A model generated the notes under the pieces. That model ran no database searches and had not been told where the DNA came from. It worked only from the letters and a program-made list of their open reading frames with translations. Made by a program: the position numbers and the translations under genes. A DNA stretch of 64,000 bases from Candidatus Latescibacterota bacterium (GTDB lineage: Bacteria; Latescibacterota; UBA2968; UBA8231): the NCBI GenBank assembly GCA_964291625.2, contig OZ220089.1:2464001-2528000 (forward strand), given 5' to 3'. Below are positions 27,919-37,045 of the stretch, in pieces. Positions within the stretch are counted from its first letter, which is position 1. Every line of letters begins with the position of its first letter.

Positions 27919-27996
27919 CCTCCATCGACTCAGGGCCAGGCCCGGGAAGGGCGAGCCTCCGGAATCTAAGTCGCCCCGGGGTCAGCGCACCTCCCG

Positions 27997-28830
27997 TCAG
28001 CCCACCAGCTTCCCGTCGTCGCCGAGCACAGGCCGGTTCAGCCGCGAGTGGTACGGGGGCTCGAGGACGGCCCGCTGCTCGGGGGTCATGCCGGCCAGAA
28101 TCTCCTTGGGCCAGGGGTTGTAGCCGGTGGCGTAGGCCAGGTTTCCCGGCGACATGCGGAACAGCACGCTGCGGCGGTCGTGTTCCGCCGTCCAAGGCAG
28201 GGTGCCGTGGGTCACCGCCTCGGTGAAGATCACCACGTCACCGGCCCTGCACGCGACCTGGCGCACGATCTCCCGGTGGGCCAGCCACTTCCTCACCTCC
28301 TGAGGGCAGGCGTAGTTGCCCTTGTGGCTTCCCGGGATCAGGCACAGGCCGCCGTCTCCGGGGTTGCTGTCGGTCAGCTGCCAGGCGGCCACGGTCAGGC
28401 CGTTGTGCATCCGGCCGTCCTGGAAGTGGTAGTACTGATGGCGGTCGAAGCCGGGGCCCGAGGAGCCGTGGAGGAGGTGCCCCTCGGCCCCCTTGCGCAT
28501 GGAGATCAGGCCGCCGTTGTGGTCGAGGCGCCACCCGGGCCCGAGGACGACGTTCAGGCAGGCGACGACGCGGGGGTGGACGAGCATCTCCCGGAAGGGC
28601 TCGCACCACGGCTGCTCCCAGCCCAGGAGCCCGCCCAGGTCGCCGCGCCCCGTGGTGCCCTTCAGGGCGGCGGAGTCCCCCGACAGGGAGAGCTCGCCGG
28701 TGCGCTCGCGGATGAGGTCCGCGTGCCGGTCGACGGCCTCGTTCGCCCGGGCGACCTCGGCCTCGGACAGCACCCCCTCCAGGACGATGTAGCCCTGCAG
28801 GTCGAAGAGGTACTTCTCGATCTCCTTCAC
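27997..28830 (-). CDS. PhyH-family dioxygenase (HxS variant)
   Basis: FDLQGYI, LLHGSSG, GGLCLIPGSH, AGDVVIFTEAVTHG, DRRS. Confidence 0.85.
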   Translation of the reverse strand: MKEIEKYLFDLQGYIVLEGVLSEAEVARANEAVDRHADLIRERTGELSLSGDSAALKGTTGRGDLGGLLGWEQPWCEPFREMLVHPRVVACLNVVLGPGWRLDHNGGLISMRKGAEGHLLHGSSGPGFDRHQYYHFQDGRMHNGLTVAAWQLTDSNPGDGGLCLIPGSHKGNYACPQEVRKWLAHREIVRQVACRAGDVVIFTEAVTHGTLPWTAEHDRRSVLFRMSPGNLAYATGYNPWPKEILAGMTPEQRAVLEPPYHSRLNRPVLGDDGKLVG

Positions 28831-28863
28831 ACTCGCCTCGATTCGGAAACGGCCTGACCGGCC

Positions 28864-28892
28864 TTGAGCCTGCTCTTCCCTATGCGTACGAT
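28864..28892 (+). promoter_or_regulatory. Putative sigma70 promoter
   Basis: TTGAGC, 17-nt spacer, TACGAT upstream of 28929. Confidence 0.45.
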
Positions 28893-28928
28893 GCGCGGCC
28901 CCTCGGAGAAGCCCCCAGGAACCCGCCG

Positions 28929-29798
28929 ATGATCGTCGACGCCCACATCCACGTCTGGAGCCCCGACCGCGACCGTTACCCCTATGCTCCCGGGTTCGGT
29001 CCCTCCGACCCCTGGCTGCCCTCCTTCACGCCAGACGACCACCGCCGCTGGAGCGAGGCCGGCGGCGAGCCGATGTGCCTGAACCTGATCCAGATCACCT
29101 GGTACGGGCTCGACCACAGCTACATCGTCGATCTCATCGCTTCCGACCCCGACCGCTATGTCGGCACCGGCATCGTTCCCGCCATCGCCGACATCTCCCT
29201 GGGGCGGCCGGACCGGGCCATGCTCGACCTGGCCGACCGCGGGGTGCGCGCCTTCCGCATCCGGGGCCGCGGCGCCCGGTCCGCCTTCGGCCAGGGAGAG
29301 CGCTGGCTCGATCAGGATGGGTACGAGCGCATGTTCGCCGCAGCCTCGGAGCACGGCCTCGTCCTCAGCTTCCTCCTCGGCCCCCCTGACCTGGCCGAGG
29401 TCGACCGCATGTGCGGGCGCTTCCCGGAGGCGCCCGTCGTCCTCGACCACTTGGGCGGCGTCCGCATCCGCGACGGCCACATCGACCCGGCGGACCTGGA
29501 GGGCCTGACCGCCCTCGCCCGGCACCCGCGGGTCTACGTGAAGCTCGGGCCGATCCACGCCCTCGGCGGAGGGGGCCGCCCCTTCGCCGGCGCCGAGCCG
29601 CTGCTGCGCGCCGTGGTCTCCGCCTACGGCGCCGACCGCTGCATGTGGGAGAGCGACAGCGGTGGTCCCGTCCTGATGGCGGACCCGGCCCGTGACCTGC
29701 CGGCCGCCGTCGACGTCATCCGCAAGGCCGGAGTCCTCACCGACGCCGAGAAGCAGTCCATATTGTACTCCACCGCGCGCCGCCTGCTCTGGCCCTGA
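28929..29798 (+). CDS. Amidohydrolase_2-family protein (paralog of 9972-10829)
   Basis: IVDAHIHVW, VLDH, CMWESDSGGP. Confidence 0.88.
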   Translation: MIVDAHIHVWSPDRDRYPYAPGFGPSDPWLPSFTPDDHRRWSEAGGEPMCLNLIQITWYGLDHSYIVDLIASDPDRYVGTGIVPAIADISLGRPDRAMLDLADRGVRAFRIRGRGARSAFGQGERWLDQDGYERMFAAASEHGLVLSFLLGPPDLAEVDRMCGRFPEAPVVLDHLGGVRIRDGHIDPADLEGLTALARHPRVYVKLGPIHALGGGGRPFAGAEPLLRAVVSAYGADRCMWESDSGGPVLMADPARDLPAAVDVIRKAGVLTDAEKQSILYSTARRLLWP

Positions 29799-29893
29799 TG
29801 GCCCGGGGCCCGCAGGCGCCCCGGATCTTCCGGATCTGCGGGCGCGCCGGTCCGCCTCGACCCGAACCATTCACAACCGGAGAAGCTCCCCCC

Positions 29894-30778
29894 ATGATTC
29901 CCATCATCGACACCCACCAGCACCTCTGGGACCTGTCGCGCTTCCGGCTCCCCTGGCTCGACGAGGTGGAGCCCCTGAACCGCAGCTTCCTGCCCGCCGA
30001 CTACGCCGCCGCCGCCGAGGGCTGCGGCGTGGAACGAACGGTCTACATGGAGGTCGACGTGGCGCCGGAGCAGATCGCCGCCGAGGTCGACCACGTGGGG
30101 CGGCAGTGCGCCGACCCCGCCGACCCGATGGCCGCCGCCGTGGTCTCGGGCCGTCCGGCGGACCCGGGGTTCGGCGACTGGGTCGGCCGTCTGCGGGACG
30201 AGCCCCACGTGCGCGGCGTGCGCCGGATCCTGCATGCCGACGCGCCGCCCGGAACCTGTCTGCAGGAAGCCTTCGTGGACGGCGTGCGCCAGCTCGGCGA
30301 CGCCGGCCTGAGCTTCGACCTGTGCATGCGGCCCGGTGAGCTGGTCGACGCGGTGAGCCTCGCCGAGCGCTGCCCCGGGACCGTGCTCATCCTCGATCAC
30401 TGCGGCAACGCCGATCCCAACATCGTCGCCGGCGCCGCCGGGCCCGAGGAGGGACCCTTCGGCCACACGGCCGGCCAGTGGCGGGACGGCATCTCCGCCC
30501 TCGGGCAGCAGCCCAACGTCGTCTGCAAGATCTCCGGCATCGTCGCCCGGGTGACCGAGGGCTGGTCGGCCGACCTTCTGGCACCGACCGTGGACCACTG
30601 CCTCGACGCCTTCCCCCCCGACCGCGTCGTATTCGGCGGCGACTGGCCGGTCTGCACCCTGGGCGCAAGCCTCGGGGAGTGGGTGCGGGCCCTGCGCCGG
30701 ATCATCGCCTCGCGCTCCGACGAGGACCAGCGAGCCCTGCTGCACGCCAACGCCGGGCGCCTGTACCGGCTGGACTGA
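29894..30778 (+). CDS. Amidohydrolase_2 (L-fuconolactonase-like)
   Basis: IIDTHQHLW, GVRR, ILDHCG, CKISG, FGGDWPV. Confidence 0.9.
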   Translation: MIPIIDTHQHLWDLSRFRLPWLDEVEPLNRSFLPADYAAAAEGCGVERTVYMEVDVAPEQIAAEVDHVGRQCADPADPMAAAVVSGRPADPGFGDWVGRLRDEPHVRGVRRILHADAPPGTCLQEAFVDGVRQLGDAGLSFDLCMRPGELVDAVSLAERCPGTVLILDHCGNADPNIVAGAAGPEEGPFGHTAGQWRDGISALGQQPNVVCKISGIVARVTEGWSADLLAPTVDHCLDAFPPDRVVFGGDWPVCTLGASLGEWVRALRRIIASRSDEDQRALLHANAGRLYRLD

Positions 30779-30783
30779 GGCCT

Positions 30784-31776
30784 TCAGCGCTCCTCGGGGA
30801 TCGTCACCGGCCGATGCCCTTCCTGCTGGGACTGCAGGAATCCGGCGATCACCTCGACCACGCGCTGCGCCTCCCGCCCGGTCGAGGTCGGAGGACGCCC
30901 TTCGCGCACGGCTCTCACCAGGCTCTGCATGCCGGCCTCGATCCCCGTCACCGGCCACTCCGGAACCTCGAGGGGTTCCGCCTCCTCGCCGCGGAAGATC
31001 AGCCCGTCATCCGTGCCCGACATCAGCAGGCGGCCGGTGGAGCCGATGACCTCGGTGGTCGACTTCGGCCCCGGCGTCGTCTTCGAGCCGCCGGCGTAGA
31101 AGGCGCGGACCCCGTTGGCGAAGCGGATCAGGCCGTAGGCGCCCGGCTCGGTGGCCGGGTCGTGGCCGCCGTCGCCGCGGTACTCCTTGTAGTCCTCGTA
31201 CCCGGTCTCCAGCTCCGCCACCACCCACTCGGGGGCCGCGTCGGCGTACCAGCAGATGGCGTCGATGGAGTGGGTCCCGTTGCGGTAGAGCATAGCCCGG
31301 CCGCCGCGCAGGGAGCCGACGATGTACTGCACCTCGCCGATCTCCCCCGCCTCGATCAGCTCCTTGGCGTGGGCCCACATGGGCATGAACCGCCGGGTGT
31401 GGTCGACGGACAGGACGGTGCCGTTCCGCTCGCAAGCCTCCAGCATGCGGGCCCCGTCCTCGACCGTGGTCGCCAAGGGCTTCTCGCAGAAGATGCCCCT
31501 GGCGCCGGCCTCGGCCGCATCGACGACCAGCTGGGCGTGGGCGTTGTCCCCCGTGGCCACGGAGACGATGTCCAGGGACTGCTCGTCGAGCATGCGGCGA
31601 TGGCTGGTATAGCGCTTCAGGTCCGGCCAGGTCTCCTGGAAACGCTGTCCGAACTCGTCCAACCGGTCCGTGGACAGGTCGCAGGCCGCCACGACCTCCG
31701 CGTCCTCGAGCCCGGCGATGCCCTGGGCGTGCCGCGCGCCGATGCCGCGGCAGCCGATCACTCCCACTCGGTCCAT
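30784..31776 (-). CDS. Gfo/Idh/MocA oxidoreductase
   Basis: VIGCRGIG, CEKPLA, HTRRF, GTHSID; SD GAGGAG. Confidence 0.9.
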   Translation of the reverse strand: MDRVGVIGCRGIGARHAQGIAGLEDAEVVAACDLSTDRLDEFGQRFQETWPDLKRYTSHRRMLDEQSLDIVSVATGDNAHAQLVVDAAEAGARGIFCEKPLATTVEDGARMLEACERNGTVLSVDHTRRFMPMWAHAKELIEAGEIGEVQYIVGSLRGGRAMLYRNGTHSIDAICWYADAAPEWVVAELETGYEDYKEYRGDGGHDPATEPGAYGLIRFANGVRAFYAGGSKTTPGPKSTTEVIGSTGRLLMSGTDDGLIFRGEEAEPLEVPEWPVTGIEAGMQSLVRAVREGRPPTSTGREAQRVVEVIAGFLQSQQEGHRPVTIPEER

Positions 31777-31798
31777 CCGTCTCTCCTCCTCGTTGGGG

Positions 31799-33481
31799 TT
31801 AGCGCGGCGGCGCCACCGGCAGACGCAGCCGGCTCGGCCAGGCCCGGCAGTGATGTACCGTCTGGTGCGCCCGCCGCAGCTCCGCGTCCATGCCGTAGGG
31901 GTTCCCGGTGTTGGGGTTGCGGTCGAAGCGGGGGAAGTTGCTCGACGAGATCTCCAGGCGGATGCGGTGCCCCCGCCGGAAGACGTTAGCCGTCACCCCG
32001 ACCTCGATCCGGTACTCGTACACCTTCCCCGGCTCCAGCATCGCCTCCCGCTCCCGGCTCTCCCGGTAGCGGCCCCGCCGGATGCCGTCGCACAGGTTCA
32101 TGGCGTATCCGCTCGGGGAGACGTCGACCAGCTTGGCCGTGAAGTCCGTGTCCGGTCCGTCGGTGGCCGCGTAGAGCACGGCCTCCACCGGCCCGATCAC
32201 CTCCAGGTCCTCCTCCAGCACCGGGCTCGTGTAGACGAGCACGTCCCCCCGCATCTCCACGGGCCGCTGATCGTGGGGTCCCCAGGGCACGATGTGGGGC
32301 GAGCAGCAGTTGTTGCCGCCCAGGGTCTGCACCGGGTGCTCGGGGTCGTAGACGAACTCGTCCGGCGGCTCTTCCCCCGGCGCCCCCCGGGCCAGGGCGC
32401 CGTCGCCGAGGACCGAGTTGGCCCGGCCCCCGGAGTGCAGGTGCCAGTCCTGCCAGTCGGTGCGCGCCAGGGGCCACTCGTGCTCGTCCCGCCACTCGTT
32501 GGAGCCCATGACGAACAGGCGCAGCGGCGGCTCCTGGTCGACGCCGTTGTCGCGGCCCCTGAGCCAGTGGTCGAACCAGCGCAGCTCCTCCAGCTCCAGG
32601 TCCACCAGGGAGCTCTCGCCGAAGTCGATGTCGCCGGTGCGCGTGGACGTGCTCAGCGAGTGGGGCCAGGGCCCGACGATCAGGCGGCTGCGGCGCGCCT
32701 CCTCGGAGCCGCCGGAGAGCCGCAGCCCGTTGAAGTTGGAGAAGGTCTGGCTCGCGTAGAGGTCGTACCAGCCGCCCATGTTGAAGGCCGGCGCCCGGAC
32801 GCGGCCCCACTGCGGCTCGTCGTCCATGGCCGCCCAGTAGTCGTCGTACGCCGGATGTGCGATCCAGTCCTTCCAGAACGGCAGCCGCCGGCCGCCGGCC
32901 GCGTCCATGTCGACCACCGGCAGGGAGCGGAAGGCCTCGGTCCAGTTGTGGAAGTCGATGTCCTGGCCGGTGCGCGCGTGGGTGCGCATGCCCCAGGTCA
33001 TGGCCACGTTCAGCTGCAGCGCCCCTCCCGGGTACACCAGCCCGCTGTGGTAGTCGGCGCAGATCACCCGCGGCGCCATGCACTTGAGGAAGCGGCTGGC
33101 CAGCGGCGCGGGACGCAGCTGGGTGGTGCCCACGTAGGAGGCGCCGGCAGTGCCGATGCGGCCGTTGCACCAGGGCTGCGCGCCGATCCACTCCTGGGTG
33201 TCGAAGCCGTCCTCGGCCTCGTTGAGGAAGGGGTAGTAGTCGCCGTCGGAGTCCCAGCGGCCCCGGCAGTCGCCGACGACGCAGGCGTACCCCGAGCCGG
33301 CCAGCCGCCGGCCCTTCTCGATCATCGGCTCGATGCTGTTGCTGTAGGGGGTCCGCATCAGCACGGCCGGCACGGGGCCGGCGCCCCGGGGCAGGTAGAT
33401 GTCGGCCGAGAGCTCAACCCCGTCCCGCATCGGCACCCGCACGTCGACCAGGCGGTCGACACGGTATGTCTGGCTGCTCAT
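31799..33481 (-). CDS. CocE/NonD-family serine hydrolase
   Basis: VPMRDGVEL, RTPY, GASYVG (GxSYxG), GGWYD, GPWPH, SSSNFPRFDRN. Confidence 0.95.
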   Translation of the reverse strand: MSSQTYRVDRLVDVRVPMRDGVELSADIYLPRGAGPVPAVLMRTPYSNSIEPMIEKGRRLAGSGYACVVGDCRGRWDSDGDYYPFLNEAEDGFDTQEWIGAQPWCNGRIGTAGASYVGTTQLRPAPLASRFLKCMAPRVICADYHSGLVYPGGALQLNVAMTWGMRTHARTGQDIDFHNWTEAFRSLPVVDMDAAGGRRLPFWKDWIAHPAYDDYWAAMDDEPQWGRVRAPAFNMGGWYDLYASQTFSNFNGLRLSGGSEEARRSRLIVGPWPHSLSTSTRTGDIDFGESSLVDLELEELRWFDHWLRGRDNGVDQEPPLRLFVMGSNEWRDEHEWPLARTDWQDWHLHSGGRANSVLGDGALARGAPGEEPPDEFVYDPEHPVQTLGGNNCCSPHIVPWGPHDQRPVEMRGDVLVYTSPVLEEDLEVIGPVEAVLYAATDGPDTDFTAKLVDVSPSGYAMNLCDGIRRGRYRESREREAMLEPGKVYEYRIEVGVTANVFRRGHRIRLEISSSNFPRFDRNPNTGNPYGMDAELRRAHQTVHHCRAWPSRLRLPVAPPR

Positions 33482-33560
33482 GGCCTTCTCCACGCTTGCG
33501 GCCGTGTTGCCGGGTCCGCCTCCGGCGTTCCGGCCGGCGACACAGGCCCGCCGCAACCCT

Positions 33561-34364
33561 TCATGGAGCCCAGGAGGTCAGCCGCGGCATCAGGAGGCGC
33601 CCCCCTCGGGCCAGCGGCATCCCGGCGAAGGCGCAGCGGTTGTTCCACTCGTCGACCGCCTCCATCGTCTTGTACTCGTTGATGATGGCGTTGCGGCTGC
33701 GGTCCGTGTAGTTGTGCCCGGCGCGGTGGACGACGAGCACGTGGATGATCACCACGTCGCCGGCCTCGACCTTGCAGACCACCCGGCGGGACTCGTCCAC
33801 ATCCTCCTGCACCAGCGTCGACTCTCCCTCCGCCGTCGGCAGGGCCCGGCGATGGCTGCCCGGGATCACCTCGGTGGCCCCCGCTTCGAGGTCGGTCGGG
33901 TCGAGATAGGTGATCGCCGCGGCCAGGCCCGGCTCCGAGTGCCGCTCGTAGGGCCAGTCCTGGTGCCAGCCCTGGCCGGCCACGAAGCCGGGCGGCTTGT
34001 TGCGCACCTTGCCGTTGTGGAAGTCGATGTTCGGTCCCAGGCAGTCGACCATCGCCGAGACCACCCGCGGCTCGGTGAACTGGTCGAACCAGAAGTCGCC
34101 CGCCAGGGTCTGGTCCATCATTCCCACCACGTTCTTCGGGTTGAAGCCGTCGGGCGGGTATCCCTCGGGCGCCTTCATGAAGGAGTAGCTCATGTTGGCG
34201 GGCCGTCCCTCCGTGCGGGTCACCAGCCGGTGGTACTGCCGCCGCAGCTCCTCAAGCGCCTGGCCCTGGTAGAACCCGGGCAGGTGGAGGTAGCCGTTCT
34301 CCTCGAAGAAGCCCTTCTGCTCCGTGGTCAGAATCTTCAGTCCGCTGCCCATCGCGGCCCCCAC
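33561..34364 (-). CDS. PhyH-family dioxygenase
   Basis: FEENGYL, WHQD, VIPGSH, AGDV..VHRAG, SRN; start 34364 or 34352. Confidence 0.9.
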   Translation of the reverse strand: MGAAMGSGLKILTTEQKGFFEENGYLHLPGFYQGQALEELRRQYHRLVTRTEGRPANMSYSFMKAPEGYPPDGFNPKNVVGMMDQTLAGDFWFDQFTEPRVVSAMVDCLGPNIDFHNGKVRNKPPGFVAGQGWHQDWPYERHSEPGLAAAITYLDPTDLEAGATEVIPGSHRRALPTAEGESTLVQEDVDESRRVVCKVEAGDVVIIHVLVVHRAGHNYTDRSRNAIINEYKTMEAVDEWNNRCAFAGMPLARGGRLLMPRLTSWAP

Positions 34365-34368
34365 GCCC

Positions 34369-35478
34369 TCAGGACCCGACCCGCTCGGTGGTCATCGTGT
34401 AGCGCTCCAGCACCTCCCGGTCGATCTCGATCCCCAGACCCGGACCGGAAGGGACCGCGACGGCGCCGTCCTCCAGCCGGAAAGGCTCAGGGCTCAGCTC
34501 GGTGCGCAGGGCGTTCTCGGTCATGTCGAACTCCAGCAGGCACGGCTCCGGGAACAGGCCGGGAGCATCGGGAATCGTGGACTGCCAGTGCAGGGTGGCG
34601 GCCAGGCGGATCGAGGTGCCCCACATATGGGGGAGCACCTGGACACCGTGGGCATTGGCCAGGGATTCCACCTGCCGGCACACAGTAAAGCCTCCTGCTA
34701 TCGAAATATCCGGCTGAACGATATCAAGTGCTCTCTTTGAGACCAGGTCCCGGAAAGCGCTCAACCCTTCAAGGGCTTCTCCGCCCGCGATCCGAAGCCC
34801 CGAACCAGCCCGGATCTCCCGGTAGGCCTCCACCTCGGTGGGCGGCACGGGCTCCTCGTACCAGTAGATGTCGTGCTCCGATATGCTCCTGATCGACTCC
34901 AGGGCCGTGCTGCGGTCGTAGGCGCAGTTGGCGTCCACCGCCAGCAGCACATCAGGGCCGATCGCCCGCCGCACGGCCGCCACCCTGGCGGCGTCGTTCC
35001 GGGGGCCGTGGCCGATCTTCATCTTGACGGCCGGGAACCCGGCCTCGGCGTAGCCGGCGGCCTCGGCCTCCACTCCATGAACCGGATCACTTTCCGACCA
35101 CAGGAACAGCCCGCTGGCATAGGCCGGCACCCGCTCCCGCACGGCCCCGCCCAGGAGTTGGTGGCAGGGCCTCTCCGCGGCCTGGCCCATCAGGTCGAAG
35201 AGGGCGATGTCGACGGCGCTCACCTGCGCCATGGAAGCCCCGGCCGCCGCCAGCTCGCGGCCGATGACGCCGGCGTCGAAGGGATCCCTGCCGATCAGCC
35301 GGTCGGCGAGGACCCCGGCCGAAGGCGCCCGGACGCCCTCTCCCCATCCCGTCAGGCCGTCATCCGTGATCACCTCGACGACCCCGGCGGTCCGGGCACG
35401 GTTCCAGGTCGTGGAGTTGGCGAACTTCCGCCGCACGGGGTACCGAAGGTCGTAGGTGTGGACGCTCTGGACTCTCAC
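34369..35478 (-). CDS. Mandelate racemase/muconate lactonizing enzyme family (acid-sugar dehydratase-like)
   Basis: KMKIG, VDAN, YEEP, GGE, QPD, PHMWG, LEFD, GPGLGIEID. Confidence 0.92.
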   Translation of the reverse strand: MRVQSVHTYDLRYPVRRKFANSTTWNRARTAGVVEVITDDGLTGWGEGVRAPSAGVLADRLIGRDPFDAGVIGRELAAAGASMAQVSAVDIALFDLMGQAAERPCHQLLGGAVRERVPAYASGLFLWSESDPVHGVEAEAAGYAEAGFPAVKMKIGHGPRNDAARVAAVRRAIGPDVLLAVDANCAYDRSTALESIRSISEHDIYWYEEPVPPTEVEAYREIRAGSGLRIAGGEALEGLSAFRDLVSKRALDIVQPDISIAGGFTVCRQVESLANAHGVQVLPHMWGTSIRLAATLHWQSTIPDAPGLFPEPCLLEFDMTENALRTELSPEPFRLEDGAVAVPSGPGLGIEIDREVLERYTMTTERVGS

Positions 35479-35653
35479 GCTGTCCCTCGCGGGGGATCCG
35501 GCGGGTGTTGGGCACCGAAGGGTCGGCTGCACTCTCTTGCCCGATCGAGTAGTATAGCGCCATCGACGCGGCGGACCAGCTTGGGACCGGTGGCTGGAAT
35601 CAATCCGCTTGGTTGATTCCCACCCCCCGGTTCTGTCCCCGAACGCTGGTGTC

Positions 35654-37036
35654 ATGTTCACCACCCTCCTCCTGCGCGAGCTGCACTACCACCTGCTCAC
35701 CTACCGATTCGCCCTGTCGGCGGTGCTGCTGTCCGTGCTCGTCGTCGGGTCGTCCCTGGTTCTGGGCCTCAACCACGACCGCCGTCTGGATGCCTACGCC
35801 GAGGCCAAGACGGCCCGGGAGCAGCGCCTGGCCGAGTCGGTCGACTTCCGAACTCTGCGGTGGCGGGGGACCCAGCACGAGAAACCGCCGAATCCCCTCT
35901 CCGTGTTCACCGTCGGCCTCGAGCGCGAGCTGTCGCGGTCGGTCTCCATCTCGCGGGGAGAGCCCGAGCTCGGCCGCAGCAAGTACGCCAGCGCCCTGTA
36001 CGCCCTGTTCCCGCCGCCGGACCTGCTCTACATCGTCAACATCGTCGGCTCCCTGCTGGCCATGCTCTTCGCCTTCAACGCCATCTCCGGCGAGCACGAG
36101 GAAGGCACCCTCCGGCTGGTCATGTCCAACGCCGTGGCGCGGCACACCGTTCTGCTGTCGAAGTGGATGGGGGGCTACCTCGCGTTGATGGGCCCGTTCC
36201 TGGCGGCCGTGCTGTTCGGACTGTTGCTCGCCACCCTGCTCACCTCCTTCGAGCTCGGCATCGACGAGTGGGCCGCCTTTGTTGGCATGCTCGGCGTGGC
36301 CGCCCTCTACCTGTCCCTGTTCTTCACCCTGGCCCTCGCCATCTCCGTGTACGCCAGACGGTCGTCCACGTCCCTGGTGACCGGGTTTCTCGTCTGGGTC
36401 CTGCTCGTGCTCGCCGTGCCCAATGTCGCTCCCATCGTCGCCCGGGCGGCCTTTCCGATTCCGTCCCCGGGCGCCATCGCCGGAGAGCGCGAGGCGATCC
36501 GGCGCGCCGCGTGGTCCCAGTTCCGGGGCCGGAACTGGCGCGGCATGACCCGCGAGCAGCGCGACGAGCTGCGCCAGCAGGCGGAGACGGAAGCGGACCA
36601 GAACACCGAGCGGTTGCTCGACGACTACTCCCGCCGCCTGGACCGTCAGGTGGCGGCCGGCGTCGCCCTGGCCCGGATCTCGCCGTCCTCCAGCTACGTC
36701 TACGCCACCGCGTCCCTGGCCGGGGCGGGGCTGGAGGACTACGCCGGCCTGCGCGGCTACATCGACCGCTACCGCGATCGGAACCTCGAGGCCCTGGCCG
36801 CAATCGAGCGGGAACGCCGCCTGCTGGCCCAGGGGGTTCAGGACTCCGAGGAGCGGAGCGAGATCATGGAGGCCCCCATCGATCCGGACGACCTGCCCGC
36901 CTTCGCGCCTCCCCGGCGGCCGCTCGTGGAGGTGCTGACCAGCAACGATGTCGACCTGCTGGTGCTGATCGTCCTCAACGGCGTCTTCTTCCTCGCCGCC
37001 TACGTCGGTTTCCTGCGGTTCGATCTCGTCGACTGA
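35654..37036 (+). CDS. ABC-2-type exporter permease subunit
   Basis: LLRELH N-terminus, AISGEHEEGTLRLVMS..SKW, multiple TM helices. Confidence 0.85.
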   Translation: MFTTLLLRELHYHLLTYRFALSAVLLSVLVVGSSLVLGLNHDRRLDAYAEAKTAREQRLAESVDFRTLRWRGTQHEKPPNPLSVFTVGLERELSRSVSISRGEPELGRSKYASALYALFPPPDLLYIVNIVGSLLAMLFAFNAISGEHEEGTLRLVMSNAVARHTVLLSKWMGGYLALMGPFLAAVLFGLLLATLLTSFELGIDEWAAFVGMLGVAALYLSLFFTLALAISVYARRSSTSLVTGFLVWVLLVLAVPNVAPIVARAAFPIPSPGAIAGEREAIRRAAWSQFRGRNWRGMTREQRDELRQQAETEADQNTERLLDDYSRRLDRQVAAGVALARISPSSSYVYATASLAGAGLEDYAGLRGYIDRYRDRNLEALAAIERERRLLAQGVQDSEERSEIMEAPIDPDDLPAFAPPRRPLVEVLTSNDVDLLVLIVLNGVFFLAAYVGFLRFDLVD

Positions 37037-37045
37037 GCCCAAGTC

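Noticed and set aside
33496-33556. Intergenic imperfect hairpins (also about 27940-27980 and 29808-29843) as a REP-like family
   Set aside because: They share no sequence with one another, and isolated stems are expected at this GC content
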